64,000 nt of DNA from Nitrososphaeraceae archaeon (lineage in GTDB: Archaea; Thermoproteota; Nitrososphaeria; Nitrososphaerales; Nitrososphaeraceae): assembly GCA_025923455.1 (NCBI GenBank), contig JAICFW010000105.1:458-64457 (forward strand), in the 5' to 3' direction. A model generated the notes under the pieces. That model made no database searches, was not told the DNA's origin, and saw nothing but the letters and a program-made list of their open reading frames with translations. Shown here one piece after another: positions 61,737-64,000 of this stretch. The translations under genes and the position numbers were made by a program. Position 1 is the stretch's first letter; every line of letters starts with the position of its first letter.

Positions 61737-62768
61737 ATGTTCCAAGTTTCTGTTGACAATTATGGGATAACGGTGGGCACAGAAGATACAACTATTTACC
61801 TTGATCCGAATAAACAGCCTAATTCTGATTTCATTTTCATATCCCATGCGCATACTGATCATCTATACAAGAGCGTTAAAGAGAACGGTAAGAAGATCAT
61901 CACCTCACAAATAACACACAAAATAGCAAAGCATAGAGGTTACAAGTATGGGGATACATACGAGGAACATGATTTCAAATTATTGGATTCAGGGCATATT
62001 CTCGGATCGAATGGACTCCTAATAGAAGACGAGTTGTATTACACAGGTGATATTTCCATACGAAAAAGAGCATTCATGAATCCTGCCGTTATTCCCAAGG
62101 TAAAAACCCTCATAATAGAGTCAACCTTTGGTCATCATGATTATATTTTTCCAAAATTTGAGAGCACAATACATAGGGCCAATCTAATAATTTCCGAAAT
62201 GTATCACCAGGGTATACCAGTAATCTTATTGGGATACACTTTAGGAAAAGCGCAAATTCTAACAAATGTATTTAGACATTGGAAACCATTAATCATTCAC
62301 GATTCGATACACGAAATAAACAGGATTTATTCGGAATTTGGTATCGATATGGATAACTATGTTACCTTCGCTGAGGCAGAAAAAAACAACATGTTGTCAT
62401 CTCATAATCCGTGGTTAATGATTGCTCCTATTGAATCTTGCAAAAATGGATTTCTAAATTATATTAAGACAAAATATGGTGCACTATCAATTGGATTTAG
62501 TGGATGGTCTGTAAAACCTTATTACAAAAACGCGATGGGATTAGATCATTGTTTACCTCTGAGCGACCATTGCGATTACAACGATTTGATAGCAGTAGTA
62601 AAAAAATGCAATCCTGAAAAGGTATATACATTTCACGGATTTGCCGATGGATTTGCACGAGATCTACGTTCGATTGGTTTTGATGCAAATCCACTTGTTT
62701 ACTCTAGAGGTAAAGCCAGTAAAACATCACTGAAACTTGACACCTTTTTTGGTAAGTCAAGAACTTAA
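61737..62768 (+). CDS. Beta-CASP metallo-beta-lactamase nuclease
   Basis: SHAHTDH, SGHILGS, YTGD, ESTFG, LGKAQ, SDHCD and TFHG motifs. Confidence 0.92.
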   Translation: MFQVSVDNYGITVGTEDTTIYLDPNKQPNSDFIFISHAHTDHLYKSVKENGKKIITSQITHKIAKHRGYKYGDTYEEHDFKLLDSGHILGSNGLLIEDELYYTGDISIRKRAFMNPAVIPKVKTLIIESTFGHHDYIFPKFESTIHRANLIISEMYHQGIPVILLGYTLGKAQILTNVFRHWKPLIIHDSIHEINRIYSEFGIDMDNYVTFAEAEKNNMLSSHNPWLMIAPIESCKNGFLNYIKTKYGALSIGFSGWSVKPYYKNAMGLDHCLPLSDHCDYNDLIAVVKKCNPEKVYTFHGFADGFARDLRSIGFDANPLVYSRGKASKTSLKLDTFFGKSRT

Positions 62769-62822
62769 TATGTGGTTAAATCTACATCCTTCAATTGAAG
62801 TATAGCGATCTGCTATCATGAA

Positions 62823-63905
62823 TCACTTTTTTTCTTGTTCTCTAAAATAGGGAATTACCTTTTTACCAAAGAGCTCAATGTTTTTGAAATAACCATCTCC
62901 CCAAAATCTAATGATAAAATGATTCGTTCCTGCTTCAATAAACCTTTCCAACATTTCGATTACATCATCCGGCTTACCCACTCCTATCGCACTCCTCGCC
63001 ACATCATCTGGTATTTGCATCGCGGCCCGTTTCATCTGCTCCATCAATTCTGGCTTATTCATTGCATATTCTGTAAAGTACCTCCGGAAATCAAACTCTG
63101 AATCTTGTTGAATATTGTGCACCTTCAATAATTCAGGTTTGTATAAACTAACCTTGACTGCGTTTTTCATCTTATTCCACGCTTCCTCCCCATCTTCGGT
63201 AAAGTATACATCTACATCATTAGCGAATTGAAAATTGCTTATATCTCTACTATTTTTCTTTGCATGATCCTTTATGACTTCTGCATGGTGTTTGAACAGT
63301 GCGGGAGTATAGCCAATTGGTATCCAGCCATCTCCATAGATAGCACACATCTCCAGTGTTTTTGGTGCTCCTGCCGCGATATAAACGGGCGGTCTAGGTT
63401 TTCTGATACTCTTTGCCTGTAAACATGCATTAATCAGTTTATAGTATTCCCCGTCATAATTTACTCTATTATCAGGATCAGAATCAAAGAGAGCTTCAAT
63501 GACTTCTAATTGCTCTTTGAATTTAGTTACAGGCTTTTTGAATTCTATTCCAAAGTCAACCACATTTTGTGCTTCTCCCGCACCAATACCCAATATTGCT
63601 CGTCCGTTAGTGAGCCTATCTAACGTGATCGAAGAAAGTGCGATAGTCGAAGGATGCCTTCTAATCGCATCTGTCACACATGTTCCCAACTCAACATTCC
63701 TTGTTACTGCACCAATGGCCGCTAACAATAACCATGCATCATTTACAACCGCATTCTTCCACTGCGGTACATTTGAATGATCCATGGACCATATCGAATC
63801 AAAATCAAGCCTGTCAGCAATTTGACATGCCGTCATTATTTGGATTTCATCCAAACCTAGTCTGGCAATATTTAATCCTTGGGTAAAGCCAAATTTAGTT
63901 CTCAT
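62823..63905 (-). CDS. LLM-class (probably F420-dependent) oxidoreductase
   Basis: GFDSIW-like DFDSIWSMDH, LGTCVT...RHP, GRAILGIGAG, PPVYIAAG and GDGWIP motifs. Confidence 0.92.
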   Translation of the reverse strand: MRTKFGFTQGLNIARLGLDEIQIMTACQIADRLDFDSIWSMDHSNVPQWKNAVVNDAWLLLAAIGAVTRNVELGTCVTDAIRRHPSTIALSSITLDRLTNGRAILGIGAGEAQNVVDFGIEFKKPVTKFKEQLEVIEALFDSDPDNRVNYDGEYYKLINACLQAKSIRKPRPPVYIAAGAPKTLEMCAIYGDGWIPIGYTPALFKHHAEVIKDHAKKNSRDISNFQFANDVDVYFTEDGEEAWNKMKNAVKVSLYKPELLKVHNIQQDSEFDFRRYFTEYAMNKPELMEQMKRAAMQIPDDVARSAIGVGKPDDVIEMLERFIEAGTNHFIIRFWGDGYFKNIELFGKKVIPYFREQEKK

Positions 63906-64000
63906 TTTATAATGGAATTATGCGTTCATATGACTATATAAGGTTTGGACGATTCGGATTAGGATAACTACCTACCTAATCTATTAGAAATATTTGAATC

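Overview
AT-rich archaeal chromosome segment, mostly housekeeping genes. The gene content (S17e, RpoK, AroA'/AroB', two PurP, CofG/CofH, A-type ATPase F, Cdc48, Cgi121, MpgS, an orphan receiver domain, lineage-type secreted proteins) points to an ammonia-oxidising archaeon of the Nitrososphaeraceae, probably Ca. Nitrosocosmicus-like (inference). It covers aromatic amino acid, purine/folate, carbamoyl-phosphate, F420, sulfate-assimilation and compatible-solute genes, with a small-ORF-rich accessory stretch at about 56.2-61.5 kb. I found no tRNA, rRNA, CRISPR array or intact transposase. Two observations stand out. (1) carB is split near its 5' end by a 22-nt insertion (41505-41526) that folds into a bulge-helix-bulge-type splice motif. 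Removing it at the positions predicted for the archaeal splicing endonuclease restores the conserved GEAGE|FDYSG motif, so it is a candidate spliced mRNA intron in a protein-coding gene other than cbf5. (2) An uncharacterised 379-aa membrane protein (11620-12759) carries two D-x3-H-x12-H motifs with the spacing and context of the AmoC/PmoC metal sites, so it is a candidate distant AmoC-fold paralog. All family assignments come from motif recognition by eye; no searches were run.
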